Assembly (NCBI GenBank): GCA_043804695.1
Contig: JAZDIV010000063.1
Coordinates: 1-39,823 of the forward strand
Direction of reading: 5' to 3'
Length of the DNA: 39,823 nt
From: PVC group bacterium
GTDB taxonomy: Bacteria > Auribacterota > Erginobacteria > Erginobacterales > Erginobacteraceae
Both the position numbers and the translations under genes were made by a program. The notes under the pieces are model-generated. The model ran no database searches. It had not been told where the DNA came from and worked only from the letters and a program-made list of their open reading frames with translations. Shown here piece after piece: positions 1-9,764 of the stretch. The stretch's first letter is position 1; every line of letters starts with the position of its first letter.

Positions 1-1500
1 AATCAGGCATATCTCGTCGGCATAACTAATTCGACCGATTTTCCCACCCGCAACCCGTTTCAAGCCGGGAACGGCGGAGGAAGCACCGACGACGCCTTTG
101 TCGTCAAGCTTTCGTCTTCCGGTTCCACCGCGGTCTATTCCACCTACCTCGGGGGGAGCACAAGCGAAACGGCTTACGGCATCGCCGCGGATGACCACGG
201 CAACGCCTACGCCGTCGGCCGCACCAACTCCAGCGACTTTCCCACCAGCAACGCCTACCAGGCGAGCTGGTCGGGCGTGGGCTACGACGCCTTCGTCACC
301 GCCTTCAACGCCTCGGGGCAGGGGCTCCTCTTTTCCACCTACCTCGGGGGGAACAACACCGACTACGGCTATGGAGTCGCCCAACTCTCCGGGCCGGATG
401 TCTTCGTGACCGGCTACACTCTCTCCACCGACTTCCCGATCGCCAATTCCTACCAGTCCAGCCGGATGTCCTCGGCCAACGACGCCTACGTGACTAAATT
501 CTCCCTGGTCTGCTCTTTCACCTCGCCCACACCGACCCCGTCCGTCACCCCGACGCCGAGAGTAACACCGACGCCAACCGCGAGCGCGACGCCAACGCCA
601 ACCGCGACCCCGACGCCGAGCGCGACCCCGACACCGAGCGCGACCCCGACGCCGACACCCCGGGAGACACCAACCCCGAAAAAGACCCCGACGCCGATCA
701 CCACCCGCACCCCCTCCCCCACGCCTACCTGCGGGCCGACCGTGGCCCAGCTCCGCTTCGTCCTCCAGTCGGGGGATTATGACGGCGACGGGACCGCCGA
801 CATCGGGATCTTCCGCCAGAGCGGCGGCCTCTGGGCGATCCGCGGCGTCACCCGGGCCTACTTCGGCGGCGCCGGCGACCTGCCCGTCTCCGGCGACTAC
901 GACGGCGACGGCACCGCCGACATCGCCATCTTCCGCTCCGCCTGGGGCCTCTGGGCCCTCCGGGGGGTCTCCCGGATCTACTACGGTCTCCCCGGGGATT
1001 ACCCGGCCCCCGCCGATTACGACGGCAACCGCACCGCCGATGTCGGCGTCTTCCGGGACTTCGTCGGCCTCTGGGCGGTCCGGGGCGTCACCCGGGCCTA
1101 TTACGGCCGGACCGGCGACCGGCCGGTCCCCGGCGACTACGCGGGCGGCGGGACCGACGCCATCGGCATCTTCCGCCCTTCCTTCGGGACCTGGGCGGTC
1201 CGGGGCGTCACCCGGGTTTACTTCGGTGGTTTCGACGACTGGCCGGTCCCCGGCGACTATAACGGCAACGGGAACTTCGAGGTGGCGATCTTCCGCCCCT
1301 GGGCGTCCGCACTCTGGGCGGTCCGCGGCCTCACCCGCTTCTACTACGGACGCTGCACCGACTATCCCCTCCGGGCCGGCTTTGACGGCACCGGGACCGA
1401 CCGACCCGGCGTCTTCCGGCAGGATATCGGACTCTGGGCGGTCCGCGGCCTCACCCGGGCCTACTTCGGAACAACCGACGATCTGCCGGTGACAAGGTAA
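1..1500 (+). CDS. 5'-truncated secreted/surface protein: SBBP-type beta-propeller repeats, Pro/Thr linker, six FG-GAP-like C-terminal repeats
   Basis: Frame 1 is open from base 1 ([36 protein letters not shown]) into ORF 277..1500. It has repeated T-S-DFP/DAFV/STYLGG units, a (TP)n linker and six ~40-aa [32 protein letters not shown] repeats. Confidence 0.85.
   Translation, partial: NQAYLVGITNSTDFPTRNPFQAGNGGGSTDDAFVVKLSSSGSTAVYSTYLGGSTSETAYGIAADDHGNAYAVGRTNSSDFPTSNAYQASWSGVGYDAFVTAFNASGQGLLFSTYLGGNNTDYGYGVAQLSGPDVFVTGYTLSTDFPIANSYQSSRMSSANDAYVTKFSLVCSFTSPTPTPSVTPTPRVTPTPTASATPTPTATPTPSATPTPSATPTPTPRETPTPKKTPTPITTRTPSPTPTCGPTVAQLRFVLQSGDYDGDGTADIGIFRQSGGLWAIRGVTRAYFGGAGDLPVSGDYDGDGTADIAIFRSAWGLWALRGVSRIYYGLPGDYPAPADYDGNRTADVGVFRDFVGLWAVRGVTRAYYGRTGDRPVPGDYAGGGTDAIGIFRPSFGTWAVRGVTRVYFGGFDDWPVPGDYNGNGNFEVAIFRPWASALWAVRGLTRFYYGRCTDYPLRAGFDGTGTDRPGVFRQDIGLWAVRGLTRAYFGTTDDLPVTR
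772..1497 (+). repeat. Six ~120-nt coding tandem repeats (FG-GAP-like)
   Basis: Recurring ggcgactac...ttccg...ctctgggcggtccggggcgtcacccgggcctac units at about 120-nt spacing. Confidence 0.85.
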
Positions 1501-1511
1501 GGGGAGAGGAA

Positions 1512-1591
1512 GTAATCGGTAATCAGTAATCAGTTATCTCGACAGCCGGTCGCGGCAGATCAGGAATTACTGATCACTGATTACTGATTAC
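1512..1591. repeat. Inverted repeat built from heptamer tandem repeats (GTAATCA)n...(TGATTAC)n
   Basis: gtaatcggtaatcagtaatcagt ... actgatcactgattactgattac, between convergent genes. Confidence 0.8.
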
Positions 1592-1606
1592 AGCCAGGGG
1601 CGGGGA

Positions 1607-2008
1607 TTAGTCCGCGGACCGTTCCCGGAGGATTTTCACCGCTTTGCCGTCCTCGAAGAGGAACTCCCGGAAAAACTCCCCGTCCCGGGTGACCACCCAT
1701 TTCCCATCCCGGTTCCCGTTCCGGTAGCCGCCCTCGGCCCGCCAGGTGCCCGCTAACGAATCCCGGCAGGTCTCAACCCAGCGGCCGTGGGGAAACATCT
1801 TCCCCTTCCGGTTCTGATAGCCCTCCCCTTCCACGGTCCATTCGAGGTCATCCTCCCCGAATTCCCCGATCAGTTCCCGATTACTCCTGGTAACCCGTAA
1901 CTGGTACAACCGGATCGCCTTGCCGGGCCAGATATCCAGGGCCACAAAGAGCGCCCCGATGACCAGTGGGATCAACAGTGTCCAAAGTTTCAGTCTATTT
2001 TTTTTCAT
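1607..2008 (-). CDS. Membrane-anchored hypothetical protein with MORN-variant-like repeats
   Basis: N-terminal hydrophobic helix, then EGxY..G..HGRW and EGGYRNGNRDGKW motifs. Confidence 0.6.
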   Translation of the reverse strand: MKKNRLKLWTLLIPLVIGALFVALDIWPGKAIRLYQLRVTRSNRELIGEFGEDDLEWTVEGEGYQNRKGKMFPHGRWVETCRDSLAGTWRAEGGYRNGNRDGKWVVTRDGEFFREFLFEDGKAVKILRERSAD

Positions 2009-2159
2009 TATGCGTTAACGCCTTCAGCGCTAACGTAGTGGTAAAGCATTGAAATTAACGCCGTCTGGCAATTTAGTAATAAATCGGGGTAAAATACTCC
2101 TTCCACCATACCAGATAGTCCTGTAATCTTTCCACTCTTCAGCGTCAAAAATCAAACAA

Positions 2160-2184
2160 TAATTTTTTCCGGAGGAAAAAATTA
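2160..2184 (+). repeat. GGA-triloop mini-hairpin containing the cooC Shine-Dalgarno
   Basis: taattttttcc-gga-ggaaaaaatta perfect stem; GGAGG lies 11 nt before ATG 2187. Confidence 0.7.
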
Positions 2185-2186
2185 CG

Positions 2187-2960
2187 ATGAAGCTCGCGAT
2201 CGGGGGCAAGGGGGGCACGGGGAAGACAACACTGGCGGCATTACTCGCGCTCTCCTTCCGCCGGGACGGGAGCCGGGTGATCGCCGTCGACGCCGATCCC
2301 GATGCCAACCTCGCCTCCACCCTGGGATACCCCGGGGCCGATCAGATCGTCCCCATCGCCGAGATGCGCGGACTGATCGAGGAACGGACCGGGGCCAAAC
2401 CGGGCGGATCCGGAGCGTATTTCAAACTCAATCCCCGGGTGGACGATGTCCCGGACCGTTTCGTGGTCGATTACCGGGGGATAAAACTCCTGGTCATGGG
2501 GACGGTCCGGGAGCCGGCCGGCGGCTGCCTGTGCCCGGAAAATGTCTTCCTGAAGGAACTGATCGCCCATCTCATTCTCTACCGGGACGAGGTCCTGATC
2601 ATGGACATGGAAGCCGGGATCGAGCACCTGGGACGGGGAACGGCGCAAAACGTGGACGCCTTTTTAGCGGTGGTGGAGCCCTCCGGGCAAAGCCTGGAGT
2701 CGGGAAAACGAATTGTCGACCTGGCCCGGAGATTGGGGATACCGAACGTCCTGGCGGTGTTCAACAAGGTTGCCTCCGCCCGGGAAATCGGCTATCTTAC
2801 AAGCAACCTTCCGGATATCCCCGTCGCGGGGATCATCCCCTACAGCATCGCCATCCGGGACGCTTCCCTGGGAGAACGGTCCATCGAGGAAGCGGCTGAA
2901 GAGCTGGCGCAGCCGATCAAGGGAATCCGGGATGCGATCAAGATCGCCGTTTCGGCGTGA
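2187..2960 (+). CDS. cooC: CODH/ACS nickel-insertion ATPase (CooC/AcsF family)
   Basis: Deviant Walker A GKGGTGKT, DADP, CxC metal motif (GCLCPEN), DMEAGIEHLGRG; adjacent to CODH. Confidence 0.93.
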   Translation: MKLAIGGKGGTGKTTLAALLALSFRRDGSRVIAVDADPDANLASTLGYPGADQIVPIAEMRGLIEERTGAKPGGSGAYFKLNPRVDDVPDRFVVDYRGIKLLVMGTVREPAGGCLCPENVFLKELIAHLILYRDEVLIMDMEAGIEHLGRGTAQNVDAFLAVVEPSGQSLESGKRIVDLARRLGIPNVLAVFNKVASAREIGYLTSNLPDIPVAGIIPYSIAIRDASLGERSIEEAAEELAQPIKGIRDAIKIAVSA

Positions 2961-2965
2961 ATCGC

Positions 2966-3059
2966 TGGATTAGAACTAAGCCAACCAGCATAATCAATCT
3001 TATTTCATTTCCAACAAAAGTGATTACTTAAATTAGCGACCGAAGGGAGCTAATTTATT
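2966..3059 (+). repeat. 94-bp non-coding element ending in a GAA hairpin (copy 1)
   Basis: Aligns without gaps to the reverse complement of 16340-16433. Shared blocks: tgga..gaactaa, atcaatct and taaattagcgaccgaaggg.gctaatttatt. Confidence 0.75.
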
Positions 3060-4982
3060 ATGAACAATTATCCCGACACCCATCCGGAGGCGGGGCCAGA
3101 GGAAGCCTTTGAAAAAGCCTGCCGGGACGACGTCGAAACATCCTGGCAGCGACTGGAGGACCAGCAGCCCCAGTGCGGATTCGGCACTCTGGGCGTCTGC
3201 TGCCGTCTCTGCCGGATGGGGCCGTGCCGGATCGATCCCTTCGGGGACGGCCCCCAGAAAGGGGTCTGCGGCGCCACCGCCGACGTGATCGCAGCCCGCA
3301 ACCTGATCCGGATGATCGCCGCCGGCGCCGCCGCCCACTCCGATCACGGGCGCGATATCGCCCACACCCTCCTTTTGGCCGCGCGCGGCGATGCCGCCGG
3401 TTACTCCGTGAAAGACGAGAAGAAGCTGAGGGCGGTCGCCGGGGACATCGGGATCGAAACCGCGGGCAAAGAAACCGGCCGGATCGCGGAGGAAGTGGCC
3501 GAGAAGCTGCTGGCGGAGTTCGGCCGCCAGGGAGGAGAACTCCTCTTTACCGGCCGGGCACCGGAGAAACGGCAGAAAATCTGGCGGGAAGAAGGTCTGA
3601 CCCCTCGGGGGATCGACCGCGAGATCGTGGAGATCATGCATCGGACCCACATCGGGGTGGATAATGACGCCGAGAATTTGATCCGGCAGGGCATCCGGGC
3701 TTCCCTCGGAGACGGATGGGGCGGTTCCATGATCGCCACCGAACTCAGCGATGTCCTCTTCCGGCTTCCCCGGCCCATCCGCTCCCGGGTCAACCTGGGG
3801 GTTCTCCGGGAAGACGAGGTCAACATCGTCGTCCACGGGCACGAACCGACCCTCTCCGACATCATCGTGGACGCGGCCCGGGATCCCGAACTTTTAAAAC
3901 TGGCCCGGGAAAAGGGGGCGAAGGGGATCAACCTGGCCGGGATCTGCTGCACCGCCAACGAGATCCTGATGCGCCGCGGGATCCCGATCGCCGGCAACTT
4001 CCTCCAGCAGGAGCTGGCGATCTCCACCGGCGCGGTCGAGCTGATGCTGGTCGATGTCCAGTGCATCATGCCCGCCCTGGGGAGCCTCTGCCAGTGTTAT
4101 CACACCCGCCTGGTGTCCACCTCCCCCAAGGCCAAATTCCCCTTTGCCGAGCACGTCGAGTTCCGGGAGACGGAGGCGCTCGCGATCGCGAAAAAAATCG
4201 TAACCATGGCGGTGGAGAACTTTCCCAACCGGCAGAAGAAGAGGGTCTTTATCCCCAGCGAAAGGATTTCCGGGCTGGTCGCCGGGTTCACGCCGGAGAA
4301 CGCTTTCCTCTTTCTCGGCGGGAAGTACCGCTCGACCTACCGTCCCCTCAACGACGCGATCATCTCGGGCCGGCTCCGGGGAGCCGCCGGCGTGGTCGGG
4401 TGCAACAATCCGCAGATGCCCCATGACGCGAACCATGTCCGGATAGCGAAGGAACTGCTCCGGCACGATGTCCTGGTGGTCGCCACCGGGTGCTCGGCGA
4501 TCGGCATGGCCAAGGCCGGGCTGCTCCAGCCCGAAGCGGCGTTCACGTATGCCGGGCGGGGCCTGCGGGAGGTCTGCGAGGCGGTGGGGATCCCCCCCGT
4601 CCTCCATCTCGGCTCCTGCGTGGACTGCAGCCGGATCCTGATCACCCTCTGCAACATCCTCAAGGAAGGAGGATTGGGGGAAGACATCTCCGACCTGCCG
4701 GTAGCCGGCGCCGCCCCGGAGTGGATGAGCGAAAAAGCGGTCTCGATCGGCTTTTACTTCGTCTCTTCCGGCGTCTACACGGTGATTAATCCGGGCTTCC
4801 CGGTTGAGGGCGCCCCGGGAACACTCGAACTGGTGACCCGGGGAATGGAGAAACTGGTCGGCGCCGCTTTCGCTTTTGAAGACGATCCGATCAGGAGCGC
4901 CCGGCTGATGATCGAGCACATTGACCGGAAACGGAAAGCCCTGAAGCTGGCGGAGGTGATGTACCCACCGGAACCGATTTAA
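3060..4982 (+). CDS. cooS: Anaerobic Ni,Fe carbon-monoxide dehydrogenase catalytic subunit (CooS/AcsA)
   Basis: QCGFGxxGVCCRLCRMGPC (D/B clusters) and AAAHSDHGR; C-cluster ligand motifs HGHEP, ICCT, DVQC, GCNN, TGC, GSCVD; WMSEKA. Confidence 0.97.
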   Translation: MNNYPDTHPEAGPEEAFEKACRDDVETSWQRLEDQQPQCGFGTLGVCCRLCRMGPCRIDPFGDGPQKGVCGATADVIAARNLIRMIAAGAAAHSDHGRDIAHTLLLAARGDAAGYSVKDEKKLRAVAGDIGIETAGKETGRIAEEVAEKLLAEFGRQGGELLFTGRAPEKRQKIWREEGLTPRGIDREIVEIMHRTHIGVDNDAENLIRQGIRASLGDGWGGSMIATELSDVLFRLPRPIRSRVNLGVLREDEVNIVVHGHEPTLSDIIVDAARDPELLKLAREKGAKGINLAGICCTANEILMRRGIPIAGNFLQQELAISTGAVELMLVDVQCIMPALGSLCQCYHTRLVSTSPKAKFPFAEHVEFRETEALAIAKKIVTMAVENFPNRQKKRVFIPSERISGLVAGFTPENAFLFLGGKYRSTYRPLNDAIISGRLRGAAGVVGCNNPQMPHDANHVRIAKELLRHDVLVVATGCSAIGMAKAGLLQPEAAFTYAGRGLREVCEAVGIPPVLHLGSCVDCSRILITLCNILKEGGLGEDISDLPVAGAAPEWMSEKAVSIGFYFVSSGVYTVINPGFPVEGAPGTLELVTRGMEKLVGAAFAFEDDPIRSARLMIEHIDRKRKALKLAEVMYPPEPI

Positions 4983-5034
4983 TATCGACTTAAAGTATAC
5001 TCATTCGATTAGACTAAAGTAATAAAAAATAAGC

Positions 5035-5161
5035 GTATCAGGGAATCAGGAGACCAGTAGGAAGGTTATCAGAATATCAGGAGATCAGGCCGGGGGACCG
5101 GCCTCGCCTGATAACCTGATACACTGATATTCTTCCCACTGATACTCTGATAATCTGATAC
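5035..5161. repeat. Long imperfect inverted repeat (~56-bp arms) made of TATCAG-type units
   Basis: gtatcagggaatcaggag...atcaggc pairs with gcctgataacctgatac...tctgatac. Confidence 0.8.
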
Positions 5162-5223
5162 CCACTCTGGGGATAATCGACTCATCCTTTTTATCCCCGG
5201 ACTTCGCGAAACAAATTTATATT

Positions 5224-5703
5224 ATGAGACGAGTCTATTGTCTGATCAGCCGCTGCCTGGGCTGCCGGAGCTGCGAGATCGCCTGCGCGGTCTCCCACTC
5301 CGCTTCCCGGAGGATGGAAGAAGCGGTCCGGGAAGAACCCCGGCCACGGCAGAGGATGCGGGTGGAGACGGCAGCGGGTCGCCCCTTCCCCATCCAGTGC
5401 CGCCACTGTGAAGACCCGGCCTGCATTGAAGCCTGCATCGCGGGGGCGATCAGGAAAGATCCCGAAACCGGTCTCGTCACCTCGGATCCGACCCGGTGCG
5501 TCGGATGCTGGATGTGCGTGATGGCCTGCCCCTACGGAGTCATCTCCCGACGGAAGGAAGACGGGGTCGCCCTCAAGTGCGATCAGTGCCGGGAGCTGGA
5601 CGAGCCGGCCTGCGTTGCCGCCTGCCCGACGGGCGCTCTTTACTTCTGCGAACGGGAGGAGTTCGAGGACGTAATCCGCCGGGAGCTCGCACAAATAGAA
5701 TAA
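5224..5703 (+). CDS. cooF: 4x[4Fe-4S] ferredoxin-like electron-transfer protein (CooF family)
   Basis: CLGCRSCEIAC, CRHCEDPAC..C, CVGCWMCVMACP, KCDQC..PAC..CP; directly downstream of cooS. Confidence 0.88.
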   Translation: MRRVYCLISRCLGCRSCEIACAVSHSASRRMEEAVREEPRPRQRMRVETAAGRPFPIQCRHCEDPACIEACIAGAIRKDPETGLVTSDPTRCVGCWMCVMACPYGVISRRKEDGVALKCDQCRELDEPACVAACPTGALYFCEREEFEDVIRRELAQIE

Positions 5704-5757
5704 AGATAAGGGGTACTTACCAGTGCCGAAATTCAATCCCTTGTTCTTTAACTAATT

Positions 5758-5803
5758 GAGATTGCTTCGTCCCCTTCACTTCGTTCGGGGGTCTCGCAAT
5801 GAC
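5758..5803. repeat. RPE-like palindromic repeat (GAGATTGCTTCG...CTCGCAATGAC), half element
   Basis: Same termini as the full inverted pair at 29186-29264. Confidence 0.65.
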
Positions 5804-5941
5804 AGAAAATCGTCGAAAATATCAATTGCAACACAATCCGAATGACATGCAATTTATTTAGTGCTCTTTTTATTAATTCAGTTCTCATTAGTGTCTTGGT
5901 GATTTAGTGGCAAACATTGAGAGCGAAGCGAGCTAATTAGT

Positions 5942-7240
5942 ATGAGCAAACAGACCGGACACGTCATTATCGGGGCCAGCGCCGCCGGGATCGCCGCCGG
6001 TGAGGCGATCCGGGCGGACGATGCCAAAACGCCGATCACGGTGATCTCGGACGAGGTTCACGGCCCATACTCGCGCTGCCTGCTTTCCTACTATTTAGCC
6101 GGCAGGCGCCCGAAAAAAGACCTCTGGATTCGGGGCGACGGCTACTACCGGGAGAACCGGATCCTTGCGCTTCCGGGGAGGAAGGCGGTCCGTCTCGACA
6201 CCGGCCGGAAAACAGTGCTGCTGGAAAACGGGGAAGAAATACCCTATCGCACCCTGCTGCTGGCCACGGGAGGAAAGCCTCAATTCCCTTCCATCCCGGG
6301 TGTCGACGCCGCCGGCGTCCTGGGGATGAGAACCCTTGATGATGTGGAAAAGATGATCGAACTGGCCGGGGAGGCCGGCGACGCGGTCATCCTGGGAGGG
6401 GGACTGATCGGCTGCAAGGCCGCCTACGGTCTGCGGGAACGGGGGCTGAAAATAACCATCGCCATCGGCTCCAACCGGGTGCTCAGCCAGATGCTGGATC
6501 TGAAGGCAGCCGGGATTTTCCGGACCCTGTTCGAAGATCACGGGATAACAATATCAACCGGGATGAAAGCCCGGGAAATTATAACCGAGAAGAACGCGGT
6601 TGTCGGGGTCGCCTTCGAGAACGGCGAGATAATCCCGTGCCGGATGGTGGTGGTCGGCAAGGGGGTGGATCCGCGGATAGAATTAGCCCGGGGCACTTCC
6701 ATCACAACCGACCGGGGGATCCTGGTTGACAACCACCTGGCCACCACCGCGGAGGATGTCTATGCCGCCGGAGACGCGGCGCAGGCTCCCGGCCTGTTCG
6801 GCACCGAAAAGTTGGTCAACTCTCTCTGGCCGGTGGCCATGGAGCAGGGGCGGATCGCCGGCCGCAACATGGCCGGGCGGGAAGAAGTCTATCCGGGTTC
6901 CCTGGGGATGAACTCGATCGACTTTTACGGGACCGAGGTCATCGCCGCCGGGAAAGTAACCGGCCTGACGGATGATCACGAGGTTGTTACCTGCGATCAC
7001 TCCCGCCGCGGCGTCTATAAGAAACTGGTTCTGAAAGACACTGTGCCGGTGGGGTTGATTCTGGTCGGCGAGATCGATTCGGCAGGCGTGATCATCTCCC
7101 TGATCAAGGAAGGAGCTCACGTGGGGCGTTTAAAAGACGCCCTTCTCGGCCGTCATTTCGGCTTCGGGCGGGCGGGCGGCGTAATGGGACCCGGTGCCCG
7201 GGACGACTTCCCGTCCCTGAAGTTACTAAATACTCTATAA
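5942..7240 (+). CDS. FAD-dependent NAD(P) oxidoreductase (FNOR, NirB/rubredoxin-reductase-like), CODH-associated
   Basis: IIGASAAG FAD loop, ATGG, GGGLIG NAD(P) loop, T..EDVYAAGD; follows cooS-cooF. Confidence 0.88.
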   Translation: MSKQTGHVIIGASAAGIAAGEAIRADDAKTPITVISDEVHGPYSRCLLSYYLAGRRPKKDLWIRGDGYYRENRILALPGRKAVRLDTGRKTVLLENGEEIPYRTLLLATGGKPQFPSIPGVDAAGVLGMRTLDDVEKMIELAGEAGDAVILGGGLIGCKAAYGLRERGLKITIAIGSNRVLSQMLDLKAAGIFRTLFEDHGITISTGMKAREIITEKNAVVGVAFENGEIIPCRMVVVGKGVDPRIELARGTSITTDRGILVDNHLATTAEDVYAAGDAAQAPGLFGTEKLVNSLWPVAMEQGRIAGRNMAGREEVYPGSLGMNSIDFYGTEVIAAGKVTGLTDDHEVVTCDHSRRGVYKKLVLKDTVPVGLILVGEIDSAGVIISLIKEGAHVGRLKDALLGRHFGFGRAGGVMGPGARDDFPSLKLLNTL

Positions 7241-7241
7241 C

Positions 7242-7268
7242 TTAAAATTTTCCGGAGGAAAATTTTAA
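7242..7268 (+). repeat. GGA-triloop mini-hairpin filling the FNOR-acsB spacer and carrying the SD
   Basis: ttaaaattttcc-gga-ggaaaattttaa perfect stem; its last A is the A of the acsB ATG. Confidence 0.75.
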
Positions 7269-9445
7269 TGTCCAAGATAATCGCCAGCGGCGCCATCCGG
7301 GGGAGCCGTGAAATCTACCGGATGGCGGAAGAGAGGCTCAACCGGGCCCGGGAGGAGAAAGGGGGCAGCCGGAAAGTCGCCTTCCCGGAGACCGCCTTCG
7401 ACCTGCCGATGGCCTACACTCTCCTGGGGGCGGAAGTAAAAACGCTGGACGACATGAAGCCGGTCCTGGAGGAGGCGCAAAAACTTCTGCCTCCGGTTCC
7501 CTCCGACCAGCTCTGGCTCCCCTACCTGGGGGACACCCTGGACGCCGGGATCGCCACGCTGCTCTCCGAAGAGATCATCATGGCCGTCCGTTATCTTTAC
7601 GGCGAAGAGCCCCAGCCGGACTGCAACGGCTTTTTCACCGATACCATCCTGAGAACTCTCGGCATTCAGCTGGTTGACGGGAGGATGCCGGGTTTCGCCG
7701 CCATTCTGGGCGCGGCGCCCGACGCCGAGGCCGCGGTGAAAATCATCCGCGAGCTCCAGAAGCGGAGCATCCTGATCTTTGCCGGCTCCGAAAGTTCCGG
7801 CGTCAGCATCATCGACCAGCTGAAAGAGGCGGGGGTCGAGATGGGATGGGACACCTACATCGTCCCTTACGGCCGCGACACCGTGAGCGCGATCTACCCT
7901 CTCAACTGGGCCATCCGGGCCGCCCTCACCTTCGGAGGTCTGAAGAAAGGCCAGGGTCGGGAGGCGCTCATTTACTGCAAAAACCGGGTCTTCGCCTTCG
8001 GCCTGGCCCTGGGAGAAGTGGACGATCTGAAATACGCCACCGCCGCCGGGGCGATCAACATGGGGTTCCCGGTCATCGCCGACACGGCGATCCCGGAAAT
8101 CCGGCCGTCCGGGATCTGCACCTACGAGCACGTGGTCACCGAATCCGACTACGAGAAGATCGTCCCCCTCTGCATCGAGACCCGGGGGGTGAAGGTCACG
8201 GTCCAGGACATCCCGATCCCGGTCTCCTACTCCCCCGCCTTCGAGGGCGAGCGGGTGAGAAAGGAAAACATGCAAGTCCAGTTCGGCGGGAAATACTCAA
8301 CCGCCTTCGAGTACCTGAAGATGGACGACCTGAGCCGGGTCGAGGACGGGAAGATCGAGGTGATCGGGAACGACCTGGACTCTGTCGAGGAGGGCGGACA
8401 CCTTCCCCTGGGGATCGTGGTGACGGTGGCCGGGCGGAAAATGCAGAAAGACTTCGAGTCGATCCTGGAAAGGCACATCCATACCTTCATCAACGAGGCG
8501 ATGGGGGTGATGCACACCGGCCAGAGAAACATCGTCTGGCTCAGGATCAGCAAGGATGCCTATAAATCCGGTTTCCGGCTCTCCCACCTGGGGGAGATCC
8601 TGGTCGCCCGTCTCCATAACGACTTCGGCGCCATCGTCGACAAGGTCCAGGTCCGCATCTACACCGGGCAGGATGACATTGAGAAAAATCTCACGGAGGC
8701 GACGGCGTCCTACACCGAGCGCGACGAGCGGATCGCGGGGATGACCGACGAGGCGGTGGACACCTTCTACAGCTGCACCCTCTGCCAGAGCTTCGCCCCC
8801 AACCACGTCTGCATCATCAGCCCCGAACGGCTCGGACTCTGCGGAGCCTACAACTGGCTGGACGGGAAGGCCTCCCACGAGATCAATCCCAACGGCCCCA
8901 ACCAGCCGGTTAAAAAACAGCGCTGTCTCGACCTGGAGAAGGGGCAGTGGGAAGGGATCAACGAGTTCGTCTACCGGGCCTCCAACCTCTCGCTCCGGCG
9001 CTTCAGCGCCTACTCGATGATGGTCGATCCGATGACTTCCTGCGGCTGCTTCGAGTGTATCCTGGCCGTCATCCCGGAGGCGAACGGGGTGATGGTGGTC
9101 AACCGAGAGTACGCCGACCTGACGCCCTCCGGGATGGACTTCATCACCCTGGCCGGGATGGTCGGGGGCGGCGTCCAGACGCCGGGGTTTCTGGGGGTGG
9201 GGAGGCTCTACCTCCTGAGCGAAAAATTCATCTCCGGCGACGGCGGACTAAAAAGACTGGTCTGGCTCCCCCGGGAGTTGAAAGAATACTTGAAAGAACG
9301 ACTGATCCGGCGGGGGCAGGAGATCGGCATCCCCGATTTTTACAACCGGCTGGCCGACGAGACCGTCGCCGTCGATTCCGCCGCCCTGCTGGAATTCCTC
9401 CAGAAAGTAAACCACCCCGCCCTCACCATGGAACCGATGTTTTAA
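7268..9445 (+). CDS. acsB: Acetyl-CoA synthase (bacterial-type ACS subunit)
   Basis: A-cluster motifs YSCTLCQSFAPNHVC, RLGLCGA, PMTSCGCFE; 725 aa including the bacterial N-terminal domain (LPYLG..LDAG). Confidence 0.97.
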   Translation: MSKIIASGAIRGSREIYRMAEERLNRAREEKGGSRKVAFPETAFDLPMAYTLLGAEVKTLDDMKPVLEEAQKLLPPVPSDQLWLPYLGDTLDAGIATLLSEEIIMAVRYLYGEEPQPDCNGFFTDTILRTLGIQLVDGRMPGFAAILGAAPDAEAAVKIIRELQKRSILIFAGSESSGVSIIDQLKEAGVEMGWDTYIVPYGRDTVSAIYPLNWAIRAALTFGGLKKGQGREALIYCKNRVFAFGLALGEVDDLKYATAAGAINMGFPVIADTAIPEIRPSGICTYEHVVTESDYEKIVPLCIETRGVKVTVQDIPIPVSYSPAFEGERVRKENMQVQFGGKYSTAFEYLKMDDLSRVEDGKIEVIGNDLDSVEEGGHLPLGIVVTVAGRKMQKDFESILERHIHTFINEAMGVMHTGQRNIVWLRISKDAYKSGFRLSHLGEILVARLHNDFGAIVDKVQVRIYTGQDDIEKNLTEATASYTERDERIAGMTDEAVDTFYSCTLCQSFAPNHVCIISPERLGLCGAYNWLDGKASHEINPNGPNQPVKKQRCLDLEKGQWEGINEFVYRASNLSLRRFSAYSMMVDPMTSCGCFECILAVIPEANGVMVVNREYADLTPSGMDFITLAGMVGGGVQTPGFLGVGRLYLLSEKFISGDGGLKRLVWLPRELKEYLKERLIRRGQEIGIPDFYNRLADETVAVDSAALLEFLQKVNHPALTMEPMF

Positions 9446-9764
9446 TATTTTTCCTGCGGAAAAATATTATTACAGCCTTTGAAATAAGCCCTCGATGTCC
9501 CGCCAGGAGCCGGTCCGATCTTTTGCCGATTGATTTAGCCCGATTTATGAATAAATCGGGTTAGAAAAATCTGCCTTGACAAATCCCGATATTTACCCGT
9601 ACATATAACGGGAATGAAGATGGAACTTATTAGTTGTAAAACCCACCCAAAATGGAAGAGAACCATATTCTGTAACCTAAAACTTTTAACTTTTAATATA
9701 ATTTCGAATGATGTTTAATTTCAGATCACGAAACTTTTGAAATGTACTGCAAGGAAATTGTCTA

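Noticed and set aside
9446..9764. Cobalamin riboswitch upstream of acsC
   Set aside because: No B12-box or conserved core recognisable; only short palindromes and a TTGACA without a convincing -10.
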